Part shown: piece by piece, positions 11,800-24,889 of the stretch
Layout: each line of letters opens with the position of its first letter
Numbering within the stretch: position 1 is the first letter of the stretch
DNA from: Octopus sinensis
Lineage: Eukaryota
Reading direction: 5' to 3'
Length of the DNA: 64,000 nt
Assembly (NCBI RefSeq): GCF_006345805.1
Contig: NW_021832855.1
Span: forward strand, 1 to 64,000
Notes under the pieces: model-generated
Told to the model about the DNA's origin: nothing
Seen by the model: only the letters and a program-made list of their open reading frames with translations
Database searches by the model: none
Program-made: the position numbers and the translations under genes

Positions 11800-12050
11800 A
11801 TAGAAATGGCGTAGCGAATTATCAGACCGTGTTTTATTTAAAAATTTATATTTAACGCTTGATTGATTTCTCACTGCTAACCAATCCCTGCTTCGACTGC
11901 CATTAAATAAAGACATTAAACGCCAATTAAACTTCTTTACTGCTGCTTTTCACAAATTTATAAACACTAACATTTTATTATGCTTTCTCCTCTCCGACAT
12001 TGAACTTTGCACGTGCAAGGTGTTCAGGTTAAATATGGCGACATTTTATG
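11800..12050 (+). promoter_or_regulatory. Possible promoter-like segment
   Basis: No recognisable repeat; AAATGGCG (~11805), AACCAATC (CCAAT box, ~11879) and AAATATGGCG (YY1-like, ~12030). No linked exon found. Confidence 0.2.
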
Positions 12051-12149
12051 TCTCCTTTTCGCAATAGAATGCAAAAAAGATTAAAAGAGTAGTTGAGAAA
12101 AAGTTAGCTGACATGTAAGACTGGAAGCCATTTGAATATCGGAAAAGAA

Positions 12150-12655
12150 GTTACCTTCTCAAGTCATGCGGACTCATAAGAGCCGGTTTCCCCGTTTCCA
12201 TGGCGTATATATCCCCACTTTGATGGGACGCCAGGCCGTCGCTGGATTAACTCATTTTTGCCAGCTGAGTGGACTGGAACAACTTGAAATGTTTTGTTCA
12301 AGAATGCAACGTGTTGCCTTGATCGAGAATTGAAACCACAATCTTACAATCATGAGTCCAACACCCTAACCACTAAGCTATACGCCTCCACAAAGGTAAA
12401 GATAAAGTTACCTTTTCGAGTCATACTGACTCATAAAGGCTAGTTTTCCAGTTTCCATGGTGTATAAATTCCCCTTTTGGATGGAACGCCAGTCCATCGC
12501 AACGTTACTCATTTTTGCCATCTGAGTGGACTGGAGCAACGTGAAATGGAGTGTTTTGCTCAAGAACACAATGCGTTGCCCGGACTAGGAATCAAAACTA
12601 CATTCTTACGATCATGAGTCAAAAACCCCTAACCATTAAGCCACGCGACTCCACC
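12150..12655 (-). mobile_element. Two tandem tRNA-derived SINEs (family D)
   Basis: Units ~12150-12390 and ~12415-12655 share CAGCTGAGTGGACTGGAGCAAC and GCTCAAGAACAC cores and a CTAACCACTAAGC head end. Confidence 0.8.
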
Positions 12656-12704
12656 ATCTGGATATTGGGAAACAGTTACCAGTATTATGATGATTCATGC
12701 CAGG

Positions 12705-12747
<43 letters not shown>

Positions 12748-13029
12748 TGTACAGTGCTCAGGTGCACTACAACTCATCAAAGCATCGACACCATAACTGC
12801 TATTGAATGCTCTGAGAAACACTATAAAAGCTGTAGGACATGACATAGGCAGCCGAGACTACGAAGCAGGGGCCAGCAAGAAGGAACACAGCAGGCGTTC
12901 TGTCTGCCGGAATTCACCCAACAACTGCAGAACAAGTTCATGGATCATCCGAGCAAGAGAATCCAAGCTTTTGCGAAAGAGTTAAGCTCGCCACTATGAA
13001 GCTACCCCTAAATGAGGACCTTTGTTATT

Positions 13030-13340
13030 ACTCATACAAAAGGCACCATGCCTCCGGAAAGTGTCAAAGTGGTTGAGGGAGAATTTCTACAATTACGCCA
13101 ACCCTAATTTCTGGCCTTCTAATTCCCTCAATTGTAATCCTATGGATAAGCTATGTGTGGGGCCCAGTTGAGAAAGACACCAACCGCTGTGTCTGTAATA
13201 CCAAGACTGAGTTGGTGGCCAAAATCAAAGAGATGTTCGAAGATTTTCGTAGGTACACAGTGCAGAAGGCACACATTAAGCTCCAGGGCCTTGGTGATGA
13301 CATGGTGGAAGCTGAGGGTGGGAAACTGAGCAAAATTTTA
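13030..13340 (+). mobile_element. Tc1/mariner transposase C-terminal relic
   Basis: WLRENF...NFWPSNSLNCNPMD..VWGPVEKDTN...TELVAKIKEMF...VEAEGG matches the WPPNSPDLNP.DY.VW motif and terminal GG. Confidence 0.8.
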
Positions 13341-14429
13341 TCTCACAGCCATACCCTATTTGATAATTGTTGATTTATTTTAAAATACTTTTAACTGGGA
13401 TATTGTACTCTCTTTTCTTTTTATACAAACTGTCGAATTTATCCATTAACAGACTGTCGATAACAAATAAGAAAATATAATACATTATACACATTTTATA
13501 TGATCTCGGCTTAAACAACCGACTTCGTAGTTTTCGAGATAATTTAATCGTTGAATTAAGTATACAAACCATTGTACATTGAAAGGGATGCGTACGCAAA
13601 CTTGGTGAAACTTATGTCAGCAGATAAGTCATATAACACATCATTCTTTGTCTGACTGTTGTTATAAACTGTGACAAATATACAGCCTATCAAGGGGTGT
13701 GTAGTGGTTAAGTGTGTATCAATGAACATAGATGCAAATGGAATGTGTATGTAAACAAATACGTAAACCGATCCATGATTGAAAAGCATTTATTTACAGG
13801 GCTTGATAAGTTATAAGTACGCTACATACAAAATGTAGGCAACTGCTACGAGTTGCTAGAAATACGGAATACATTCGTGGAAGTCATATTAGGAATGAAT
13901 ATGTTTGTGTGTGTGCGTGTTTCATTCGAAACAGTAGTCTATCGGCACTTGGAACATTTCTCTCTGTCTAACGCGGTCTGCCAAAACCTTGGGTCGTAGA
14001 TAGATCTATCTCGTCTGTCTGTTTGCCTCTCTTGTTTCACCACAGTTTTATAATATTTGTGGCAGCTAGAAAGACAGACATGCTGCAGCAGAGTTTGTAC
14101 CTAAATAGGTCAGTGCTTGTCCAGTTGAACTTCGCCTGACATGGCTGAGGTCGTAGGTCAAAGGGAGATGATCAATCAATTTTTGACAGGACAAAGAAAA
14201 CTTTTTTTCGCGCCTGTTGATCGTCGTGATTTGGACGACAAAGAATTCTTGGATTCAGTTTCGAATCTAGGCTTGGAGAAGGAAGTGTTAATTCTTACAG
14301 GTGTACAACTTCAGATTAACAGTTTGTAAATGTTATAAACAAGACATATCTGGCCCCTTTGGATTACTGCTTTCCTCAACGATCATTTTATTAGCCAGGT
14401 TCATCACATACGGTTCTTGCTGACGTTGG

Positions 14430-14780
14430 CTAGTTGGCATCCTTTTTGTCTCGGGACACAATGGAGTTACGCATAAAATAATCTAGTCCGGCTTTTACAT
14501 TTCATGTCCTAATACATCTCCTGCTGTGGCTGTGTAGTCCTATCCTGGACAAACACTCCCTCTGGCAGGTGCCGCAAATATAGCGAAGACTTTGCTTGGC
14601 TGGTTGTAATGTCATAGTTTCTTGTTGACGTCTTTTCTTGTCTTTCCATTTCTCCTCTCTCTCTCTGTCACTCCTTTGTGTTCCCTCTTTTACGGTACGT
14701 CGCCAATCTCCACGGTTGCTGGCAACTGCTTCCCAGTTGCTAATATTGACGTATTGCTAATGCTGACGTATTCACCAGGA
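14430..14780 (-). mobile_element. RTE LINE 3' end with terminal zinc finger
   Basis: WEAVASNRGDWRRTVKEG...YICGTCQRECLSRIGLHSHSRRC*, then an RTE-type end CCATTGTGTCCCGAGACAAAAAGGATGCC. Confidence 0.85.
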
Positions 14781-14825
14781 TATTTATTTAATCCCTATTT
14801 TCTGTCACTATATTCTTTTATTCTT

Positions 14826-15197
14826 TCTTTTACTTGTTTCAGTCATTTTGACTGAAGCACCACCTTTAGTCAAACAAACCGACCCAGGACTTGTTCTTTG
14901 TAAGCCTAGTACTTATTCTACCAGTCTCTTTTGCCGAACCACTAAGTTATGGGGACGTAAAGCGATGGTGGTGGGAAAAACACAGACACACAAGCATATA
15001 CACACCCACTCACCTAAACTCACACACACGCATTTATATATTTCTTTCAGTTTCCGTCAACCAAATCCACTCACAAGGCTTTCGTCGATCCAAGGCTATA
15101 GTAGAAGACACTTGCCCAAGGTGCCGCGCAGTGGGACTGATCCCGGAACCATGTGCTTGGTAAGCAAGCTATTTACCACACAGCTACTCCTGCACCT
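14826..15197 (-). mobile_element. SINE A
   Basis: Family A head and tail, diverged. Confidence 0.85.
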
Positions 15198-15199
15198 AT

Positions 15200-15366
15200 A
15201 TATATAGAGAGAGAGAGAAAGAGAAAGAGAGATACATACATACATGCATGCATGCATGCATGCATGCATGCATGCATGCATACATACATACACATACATA
15301 CATACATACATACATACATACATCATACATACATACATTACATACATACATACATACATACATACA

Positions 15367-15397
<31 letters not shown>

Positions 15398-15600
15398 CAT
15401 AATACATACATACATACATACTACATACATACATACCATACATACATACATACATTACATACATACATACATACATACATAACATACTACATACATACAT
15501 ACATACATTACATACATACATACAAACACACATACACACATACATACATACATACATACATACATACATACATACATACATACATACATACATACATACA

Positions 15601-15631
<31 letters not shown>

Positions 15632-15632
15632 G
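15200..15632. repeat. (GA)n/(GCAT)n/(ACAT)n compound microsatellite
   Basis: Seen directly. Confidence 0.97.
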
Positions 15633-15888
15633 ACGGAATATCACTCGGGGATATCCCAGAAACAATTGTAAGACTTTGAACTTCTTCCTATTATAATATT
15701 GTGTATGACTTGAGATGTTTGCCTTGCCTTAACGTTTGTTCTCCTCTTTAACAATTGTATATCCGCTGCATCAGAAATCTGCAATGGCTCAATATCTACC
15801 ATCTCGGCTGTAACTTTAAAACCCCAATTATCCGTTACAGCATTTACCTAGCGTACCTAATCGTTTTGATCACCTGTGAACTAAACCC

Positions 15889-15952
<64 letters not shown>

Positions 15953-15956
<4 letters not shown>

Positions 15957-16282
15957 CCCCCTTCGGTCACGACACAGACCATGGGATTGCACCTAGAAAG
16001 TTACCCTCCCAGGCACAGGTCCGGGCAAGGTCGTTTATGGAAGGCTAGCAGTCGCGCATGCACACCGCCCCCCCTCACCACGCCACCAGTGGAATCCAAG
16101 GGAAAGGCAAAAGGGGCCGATACAGCTTGGCACCAGTGACGTCGCAACTCCTCTCTACAGCTGAGTGAACTGGAGCAACGTGAAATAAAGTGTCTTGCTC
16201 AAGAACACAGCACGCAGGCCGGTCCAGGATTCGAGCTCACAACCTCACGATCGTAAGCTCGACGCTCTAACCACTGAGTCAC
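15953..16282 (-). mobile_element. tRNA-derived SINE family C
   Basis: Minus head TGACTCAGTGGTTAGAGCG...AGCTCGAATCC (box A/B), core GTGTTCTTGAGCAAGACAC, tail CGTGACCGAAGGGGGTCTC. Confidence 0.8.
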
Positions 16283-16371
16283 ACACACACACATATATAT
16301 ATATATGTTTTGAAAATAACTTGCACTTGCAAGTGCTACCAGTCGAAAGCTACGCATGCACGCGAGCACGA

Positions 16372-16409
<38 letters not shown>

Positions 16410-16499
16410 GTGTTGTGTGTGTGTGTGTGTGTGTGTTTGTGTGTTTGTGTGTGTGTGTGTGTGTGTGTCTGTGTGCGTGTGTGTGTATGAGAGTGTGTG

Positions 16500-16600
16500 T
16501 GTGGCAACTTGGACATGAGTCATCTACTCTTGCTTCGGACCGACCGAAACCTTGTGAGGGGATTTGGTAGAGAGAAATTGAAAGAAACCCGTCGTTTACG

Positions 16601-16676
<76 letters not shown>

Positions 16677-16925
16677 CACACACACACGCACACACACATA
16701 TACACACATAGATGTATGTCTTTGTCACTTTGTTTGACCTCCATCACCGCTTGACAACCGGTTTTGGTGCGTTTACGTCTCCATAACTTAGCGGTTTGGC
16801 AAAAATGTCTAATAGAATAAGTATTAGGCTTAAAGAAAATAAGTACGGAGTCGAATCATTCGATTAAAAATACGGTGCCCCAGCATGGCCACAGTCTAAT
16901 GACTGAAAACAAAAACTAAAGAAAA
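16500..16925 (+). mobile_element. Old, diverged SINE A relative lacking its head
   Basis: CCTTGTGAGGGGATTTGGTAG, (CA)n centre, GCTTGACAACCG and CAGCATGGCCACAGTC...GACTGAAAAC. Confidence 0.7.
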
Positions 16926-16994
16926 TATAATTCTACGGTGGGGTAGATTACGATTAAAAAGACACGAGTGGTGTACATACGTATAATAATAATG

Positions 16995-17416
16995 GGATAT
17001 TTTCTGTTTGAACGGCAGTTTTTTTCTAGCGATGTCATATGAAATTGTCACCCATAATTATGACCCTAGTATCGATCTATTGCATTTCAATATTTTAGGG
17101 TTAGGGTTAGGATTAGGGGTGGGGGGAAGGGTATCTTTTTTCTTCACAAATGTAAATAAACCCAATCTGTTTCTTAAACGAGGGACATATTCATACGGCA
17201 CAGAATGTTTTTTTACCTCAATAGACGTCATTGATTGGTTGAAATTGCAGAAATTGAAGAAAAACAACAACAAATATCTTTCAAACTCTAGAATTTCCTC
17301 AATAAATCCAAGAGAAAAAGATGTTTTATAAACACATTCTACCAGTATACGAAGTTTCAATTTTTTTAGTTACCTAGAAAGTATGTTAAAAACTGCCGTT
17401 CAAACCGAAAAGATCC
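16995..17416. mobile_element. MITE with ~28-bp TIRs and 8-bp TSD (TAATAATG)
   Basis: GGATATTTTCTGTTTGAACGGCAGTTTT ... AAAACTGCCGTTCAAACCGAAAAGATCC; TAATAATG at 16987-16994 and 17417-17424. Confidence 0.85.
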
Positions 17417-17424
17417 TAATAATG

Positions 17425-17760
17425 TTCTTCCGTCGTTGTCGACGATGACCAGGCCATCACATGCGAGAAGAAGATGGTTCTCAGTGCATCTGGCTGAGGT
17501 CGATTAGGCTGATGCCTGGTCGAAAGTTTCTGTCGTAGGTTAGACATTGTTGGTTGACTGGGAATGAAGGTATAGAGTTTGTTCTGGACATGTGCAGCTC
17601 CCGTTTTCTTTGTGCTACTGCGATCATATTCTCTTGGTGCAGCTACGCCAGGCAGGGCCGTCCTGTGCCTAATTTTCCCAGGTGTCAGGGATCGATCTGA
17701 AAGCGCTACAAGGAAGCTTTTAGTGCGTCTTGTGCGCGCTTCCTTTCTGCCAATTCAATA
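17425..17760 (-). mobile_element. RTE LINE 3' relic
   Basis: DALKASL*RFQIDP-DTWEN*AQDGPAWRS and an RTE-type terminus GGTCATCGTCGACAACGACGGAAGAAC. Confidence 0.75.
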
Positions 17761-17763
17761 TAC

Positions 17764-17957
17764 TCTTTTACTTGTTTCAGTCATTTGACTGCGGCCATGC
17801 TGGAGCACCGCCTTTAGTCGAGCAAATCGACCCCGGGACTTATACTTTGTAAGCCTAGTACTTATTCTATCGGTCTCTTTTGCCGAACCACTAAGTTACG
17901 GAGGACATAAACACACCAGCATCGGTTGTCAAGCAATGCTAGGGGGACAAACACACG

Positions 17958-17989
<32 letters not shown>

Positions 17990-18143
17990 CATATATACGA
18001 CAGGCTTCTTTCAGTTTCCATCTACCAAATCCTCTCACAAGGCTTTGGTCAGCCCAAGGCTATAGTAGAAGACACTTGCCTAAGATGACACGCAGTGGGA
18101 CTGAACCCGGAACCATGTGGTTGGTAAGCAAGCTACTTACCAC
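17764..18143 (-). mobile_element. SINE A (head clipped)
   Basis: Family A sequence. Confidence 0.88.
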
Positions 18144-18419
18144 GAGCAGTCGTGTGTCAGGCATTCAAACAAGGTAGCCTGTTCGCTCTCCCCAGTAGAG
18201 TGTAAATGCTTGGCAGATCAGCTCAAGCGGAGCCGCCGTCTCTGGGGCCTGGTCTTGTCAAGTGATTTTCAACAGATTTCTTACAGTTCATGGTGTTACT
18301 GAAACGTGTAAGGGAAATAACTCTTTAGTAACCGAGTATGTAAGGGAGAGCACTCTGAAAAGATTTTTTTTTTTTTTAATCTATTTATTAAACTTTAAAA
18401 CTATCTACATTAACCTTAA

Positions 18420-18700
18420 GGTCTGAAATTTTGCGGGAGAGAGCAAATCGATTTCATCAATTTCGAAAGGGTGAAAGAGAAAGTCGATTTGAGCTCAGGG
18501 CATAAAGGCAGACGGGTATACCGCTAAGCATTGTGTCTTGTGGGCCAACGATTTTGCCAGCTCTAGGCAGAAGGGATGAAATTCTGCAAGCGGAGTCAAG
18601 TCAATTACACTGATCCCATACTCAAGTGGTACCTATTTTACTGACCCCGAAAGGATGAAAGGTAAAGTCAGCCTTAGCGGAATTCGAACTCAGAGAAGAA
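18420..18700 (-). mobile_element. Two diverged SINE B fragments
   Basis: AAGGATGAAAGG...AAAGTCAGCC...GGAATTCGAACTCAG core. Confidence 0.65.
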
Positions 18701-19187
18701 TTCTGATTTAAGCTCCCCAAATAACCCCTAATAACTTCTCTATGTTTTTTTTTGGAAGTTTCAGAAAAGTTTTTCGAATTTGTGTTGTATACAAAGGAAT
18801 TCATACGATTATTCCAAAAAAGGAATTTTTTTTAAATTTCTTAACCCCTTCCCCAATAAATTCTTAAATTTTTTCAATCTTTTTCAATTTTTTAAAATTT
18901 TAAATCAGAGTTTAAAATATGGACAGTCAGAATTTTTTGCTTAAATTCCAGCAATGGATCAGCCTTGGGTGCTTCACCATTCTATGTAATGTTTATGGGG
19001 AGAAAAATATTGAAAAACATCAATATATGTCAGAGTGATGAAGAAACGAGGAAGGTATCAGGTAGTCGTGAGATGTGCTAAAAATTACAACTAAATTGCC
19101 CTTAAATCACACCCACGGGTAGAAAGCAAATTTGAAAAGCTTTTGTAAAAATTCAAAAAAAATTTTAACGTTATGAGGGCTTATATC

Positions 19188-19985
19188 ATCATCACCATCA
19201 TCATCATCATTTAATGTCTGCTTTCTATGCTGGCATGGGTTGGACGGTTTCACTGGGGTCTGGGAAGCCAAGTTCCAATCTGATTTGGTATGGTTTCTAC
19301 AGCTGGAAGCCCTTCCTTAACACCAACCACTCCAAGAATATAGTGGGTGCTTGCTATGTGACACCGGCTTCGGCCATAACTATGATCTCACTTGGCTAGA
19401 CAGGTCTTCACAAACACAGAATATCGCCAAAGGTCTTTGTCACCTGTCACTGCTTCCTTGAGGCCCAATGAGGCCCAGGTGCTTAAACCAGAATTACACC
19501 AAACGCAGGACGAAAAGATGGACAAAATTCCACTAAAAGTTTTGTTCGGTAATGATACCACCAGCCAGCTGCCCTTTTAATAGCAATAGGGATCATAATG
19601 GATTCAAATTCTGGCACAAGACCTACATTGTAAGGGACGTGGTAAGTTGATTACATTGATCCTAGCATTCAACTTCTCTTTATTTTATCGGCCCTGGAAG
19701 GATTAATAGCAAAGTCAGCTTGAGTGGAATTTGAACACACGTGGCACGTAAAAAGCACCATCCGATCATGGCCGTTTTCCACCTGTGCCAGTGGCACGTA
19801 AAAAGCCCCCACTATACTCATGGAGTGGTTGGCGTTATGAAGGGCATCCAGCCGTAGAGACATTGCCAGATCAGACTGGGCCTGGTGCAGCCTTCTGGCT
19901 TGCCAGACCCTAGTTGAACCGTCCAACCCATGCTAGCATGGAAAGCGGACGCTAAACGATGATGGTGTTGATGATGATGATGAAC
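19188..19985. mobile_element. Two RTE-LINE 3'-UTR copies (family E): 19188-19490 (-) and 19735-19985 (+)
   Basis: Same sequence as 4925-5510 with (GAT)n/(CAT)n tails. Confidence 0.85.
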
Positions 19986-20300
19986 ATAATGACACACCAA
20001 ATGCTTCCAAGTATTTGGTTTTTATATGTTACCGATTCCGCCAATGTGGAAGACTCCGTGGCTGTGAAAATGTGACAGCTGCCACTTGTGCTTGGGTTGT
20101 AGCTAATTGCTTGGAGCTGACGGGTAACTGTTGGGTGCTGGCTGTTAAACATCGTGATGTAGTTTAAAGAAGATTTGACAATTATTTCTAGCAGGTCAGG
20201 AGACCATGTGAAGAAAAGGCACCCAAGGTCCATGGGGTAGACGAAAATTGGGTGAGAAATTGAATTCTAAGGCCACCCAAGAAATGAAATCTCTCTCTAT

Positions 20301-20669
20301 TACTCTTTTACTTGTTTCAGTCATTTGACTGTGGCCATGCTGGAGCACTGCCTTTTAGTTGAGCAAATCGACCCCAGGAGTTACTCTTTGTAAGCCTAGT
20401 ACTTATTCTGTTGGTCTCTTTTGCCGAACCGCTACGTTACGGGGACGTAAACACACCAGCATCGGTTGTCAAGCGATGGTGAGGGGGACAGAGACACACA
20501 AACATATACACACATACATATATGCATATATACAATGGGCTTCTTTCAGTTTCCGTCTACCAAATCCACTTACAAGGCTTAGGTTGGCCCAAGATGCCAT
20601 GCAGTGGGACTGAACCCAGAACCATGTGGTTGGTAAGCAAGCTACTTACCCCACAGCCACTCCTATACC
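20301..20669 (-). mobile_element. SINE A
   Basis: Family A sequence with a deletion in the head region. Confidence 0.85.
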
Positions 20670-20959
20670 TACGCAAATAAATGTATTTGAAGTAAAAGAA
20701 TCCCCATGTATAGTCTGAAGGTTTTGAAGTTCAAATAATTGGGATCACTAACAGTGCATGGCCTAGTAGTGAGGATGCTACATTCACAGTCATGTGATCA
20801 TTGTTCATGGAACATGTAGTGCATTGTGTTCATGAACAAGACACTATCTTATGTTGTTCTGCAATTTCTTGGACACCTGACATGTGGCATATCATGTACC
20901 TGTTCAGAGAATGTCCGTTTGATGGAGAGAATGAGATATTCTTATTTTTATTTTTACTC

Positions 20960-21348
20960 AAGGCACAAGGCCCGAAATTTGGGGGCAGGAGGCCAGTCAA
21001 TTAAATCACCTCCAGTATGCAACTGGTACTTAATTTATCAACCTTGAAAGGATGAAAGGCAAAGTCAAACTCGACATAATTTGAACTCAGAACGTAAAGA
21101 CAGACGAAATAACTATTTCTTTACTGCCCACAAGGGGCTAAACACAGAGAGGCTAAACAAGGACAGACAAGTGGATTAAGTCGATTACATTGACCCCAGT
21201 GTGCAACTGGTACTTATTTAATCGACCCCAAAAGGATGAAAGACAAAGTCGACCTCGGCGGAATTTGAACTCAGAATGTAACGGCAGACGAAATACCGCA
21301 AAGCATTTCGTCCAGCATGCTAACATTTCTGCCAGCTCACCGCCTTGG
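20960..21348 (-). mobile_element. SINE B dimer
   Basis: Head plus unit, junction AAAGAAATA|GTTATTTCGTC (~21115), then a second core with the GGCCTTGTGCC terminal tail. Confidence 0.8.
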
Positions 21349-21559
21349 GAGTGAAATATTCTGCAGCACAAACTTTTGACCTCTTTGGAAAAAAAAAAAA
21401 AAAAATCATCTTTGCAGGTTTTTCAAGCAAGAAATTATAGAATTGTCTTTCTTGGGCTGTGAGACTATACATATGGGATTGGATGCTTGTATAAATGGTT
21501 ATGATGTTTCTTTCTTAAATGACATAGTACATCTGGACGTAAGCAGGCTCCATGGAGTA

Positions 21560-21712
21560 GAATACACGTAAACAAACATATATATACACACATACAGGCA
21601 GCATATTATATGTATGTGTGTCATTATTCAGTTTATTTCAAAATTTCTTGCCAATAGAAAGGACCAGTTTCTAACCTTCATTGGAATATCAACAGCAGGG
21701 TAATTTTGTTTG

Positions 21713-21746
<34 letters not shown>

Positions 21747-22170
21747 TGTATGTTTGTATATATGTGTGTGTGTGTGTAAGTATGTATGTATGTATGTATG
21801 TGTGTATGTTATTGTATTTTATTCTTAAATTTCTTGCCAATGTAGAACGATCTAGTTTCTGACAATGATCCAAGACTCCTCACACATCAACCGGATATTT
21901 TTGCACGCATGTGTACACATATGAGTGCATGTATGTGCAGTATTTGAAGTCAGTGCATGTTCAGATTTGCATGCTTTGTTTTATGTGCGTATTCTCATAC
22001 ATATAGTTGCCTCTTTAGACATGCTCATATATAGTTAAATGGTAAACTTCTGGAATGTTTTACAGATTTTGACAGTTCCATTAATGGTTTGTATCTGTAA
22101 TCTTCCTTTCTGGTTTTGAGAAGCCTAGTTTCTCAAGACTGGTGCCAAGGCAGTTTGTTACATACCCTAA
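21560..22170. mobile_element. Unclassified interspersed repeat with internal (ATGT)n; inverted homologue at 45975-46340
   Basis: TCATTATTCAGTTTATT...TTTCTTGCCAATAGAA and CATGCTCATATATAG...TTCTGGAA blocks recur in reverse complement near 46 kb. Confidence 0.6.
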
Positions 22171-22189
22171 CTTGTAATCCAGGTATGTA

Positions 22190-22370
22190 AGTATGGATGG
22201 ATGGATGGATGGATAGATGGATCGATGGATGGATCAATGGATCGATGGAAAGATGGATGTATAGACAGGTAGATAATACAATTGTTTGTTTGTATTCCAC
22301 CTGCCTTCGTCTTTTGTTTATTTCCGTAAACCTGCCTTCGTCTTTTGTCTATTTTCATAAAGCTTCCCAT

Positions 22371-22455
<85 letters not shown>

Positions 22456-22751
22456 GGATGGATGGATCGATCGATCGATCAATGGATGGATAGACAGGTA
22501 GATAGATAAATAGATAGATGGATTGATGGATGGATGGATCAATCGATGGATGGATGGATTGATCGATGGACAGACAGGTGGATAGATGGATGGATTCCTG
22601 AATGAAGGAATGAATGAATGGATAGATGGATGGATGGATGGATGGATGCCTGATGGTATCAATGATGAATTTTGTGATGATGATGACAATGTTGATGACG
22701 ACAATGCTGATGCTGCTGCTGATGCTGCTGCTGCTGCTGATGATGATGATT

Positions 22752-22799
<48 letters not shown>

Positions 22800-22835
22800 G
22801 TGGTGGTGATGATGATGGTGGTGATGATGATGATG
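22190..22835. repeat. (GGAT)n/(GATA)n/(GAT)n compound microsatellite
   Basis: Seen directly; source of the poly-I/M/D ORFs. Confidence 0.97.
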
Positions 22836-23200
22836 TTAAAAATTCTTATTACTTTCCTTATAATCTCAGTCCTCCAGCTAACTGTAGACAAGTCACTGAA
22901 GAGGTTTAATAAGATAGAAACATGTTTGAACCTTTGGCCATACTACTGAAGATAAAAGCATGCATTCAGCCCCCACCATTCTCTCTAGCTGACTAAACAA
23001 TGAAATGAATTATTAAAAAAAACTTAGAAAGGATAAAAACATAGATATGAATGACAAATGAGTATCTAATTAATTTATTCAATTAAAATATCATTTTAGT
23101 TTATCATCAAATAGTAAGCACAAATATGTTTAAAAATATAACACGATACAAATCATTCTTAATCAGACATCATATCACAGAAAAAACAAAACATTTCGTA

Positions 23201-23240
<40 letters not shown>

Positions 23241-23308
23241 TAATAATAATACGTCTTGACTGTTTACTTTTGTGAAGAGTTACATCAATCCTTTTTAAAA
23301 TATGATAA

Positions 23309-23558
23309 TCATCATCATCATCATCATCATTTAATGTCCGTTTTCCATGCTAATATGGGTTGGACAGTTCGACCGGGGTCTGCTAAGCCATGGAGGCTGC
23401 ACCAGGCTCCAGTCTGATTTGGCAGTGTTTCTACAGCTGGATGCCCTTCCTAACGCCAACCACTCCGTGAGTGTAATGGGTGTTTTTTACGTGCCAGCGT
23501 AGGCTGGCAAACGGCCACGATCGGTTGGTGCTTTTACGTGTCACCGACACGGATGCCA

Positions 23559-23560
<2 letters not shown>
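23309..23560 (-). mobile_element. Family E RTE 3'-UTR copy
   Basis: (CAT)n-TTTAATGTCCGTTTTCCATGC...CTACAGCTGGATGCCCTTCCTAACGCCAACC. Confidence 0.85.
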
Positions 23561-23595
<35 letters not shown>

Positions 23596-23599
<4 letters not shown>

Positions 23600-24044
23600 T
23601 ATTCTGCTCAATACCACAGATTTGCTTGTCAGTTGTTTGACCTTAACCAGTTGAGCATGTCTCTTAGTGGCTGACGATATGTGCATCTCTGATCACGAGC
23701 AGAAGTAGTGGGGGAGCATCATAGCCATGTGTTGAGAGGGATTCTTTGGGGTTTGAATAATTCACCTCTGGAAACATGGGTGGTTCTTTCAACATCCTTA
23801 AACAACCCTTATTCAGGGACCTTTTGAGTGGGATGGGCTACTCAACCTGAAGAAAATTCTAACTGGGTCCCACCTGCAAGGTCATGTGCTGTTTATTTTG
23901 ATATGAGATCACCATGTCGCGCACATATGGTTGTGATGCATGTGCCTGGTGTACCCTTATCAGATGAGTAGTCATGATGGGTATACTGGGCTTCATATAT
24001 TTTACCCTAGTGTCACTTTGATGGCATGCACTGCTCTCTCACTC
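23596..24044. mobile_element. (AAT)n-flanked repeat (family H), partial
   Basis: Closely matches 39955-40396; (AAT)n on both sides. Confidence 0.8.
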
Positions 24045-24084
<40 letters not shown>

Positions 24085-24124
24085 TAATAGTAATAATAAT
24101 GATGATGATGATGATAATAATAAT

Positions 24125-24560
24125 TTTGGTACAAGGCCAGCAAATTTAGGGAAGGATAAGTCGATTACATCGGTCCCAGAATTCAACTGATACTCAAGAC
24201 AACCATGGTGGAATTTGAACTCAGAACATAAAGACAGACAAAATACTGCTAAGCACTTTACCCAGTATGCTAACGATTCTGCCAGCTCACCACATTTAAT
24301 AATAATAATAGTAATAATAATGACAATAATAATAATAATAGTAATAGTTTCAAATTTTGTCACAAGGGCAGCAATTTTGGAAGGGGAGACTAGTTGATAA
24401 CATCAACCCCAGTGCGTAACTGGTACTTATTTTATCAACCCCAAACTGATGAAAGGCAAAGTTAATCTTCGCAGGATTTGAACTCAGGACACAGGGGCAG
24501 ACAAGATACCACTAAGCATTTCACCCGGTGTGCTAATGATTCTACCAGCTTGCTGCCTTT
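24125..24560 (-). mobile_element. Two SINE B copies separated by (AAT)n
   Basis: Cores at ~24125-24295 and ~24345-24560. Confidence 0.75.
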
Positions 24561-24589
24561 ATAATGATAATAATAAGGTGTCCCTTTAA

Positions 24590-24858
24590 CCCATGAATAG
24601 TCAAGAAGGCAAAAAATAGGCAAATACAATCCTCTTAAGTACAAAATAGCCCAGCTTTGGAAAATGAACAAGGTGAAGGTAGTGCCAATTATTGTAGGGT
24701 CCTTGGGAACAGTACCAGAAGGCATCAAGGGGAATATCAAAATAATCAGGAAAGTACAAGATAGCTGAAAAGAACAGATAGCATGGTACCATAGGCTGCA
24801 GGCAGCAAGCCCACAATGCATGCAAGACTACAGGAGCTCTAACAAAACCTGAGATAAA

Positions 24859-24889
<31 letters not shown>

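Noticed and set aside
14141-14329. Orphan ORF MAEVVGQREMINQFLTGQRK... in non-repeat DNA
   Set aside because: 62 aa, no recognisable motif, weak splice signals and no partner exon. It would need BLAST or RNA-seq support.
16200-16282. tRNA gene
   Set aside because: The box A/B-like head continues into a SINE core and tail; no complete cloverleaf could be built.
17095-17131. True telomere or chromosome-fusion scar
   Set aside because: Only four units, lying inside a TIR/TSD-bounded element.
20000-20290. Cys-rich unique segment as a possible exon
   Set aside because: No convincing splice sites or domain on either strand.
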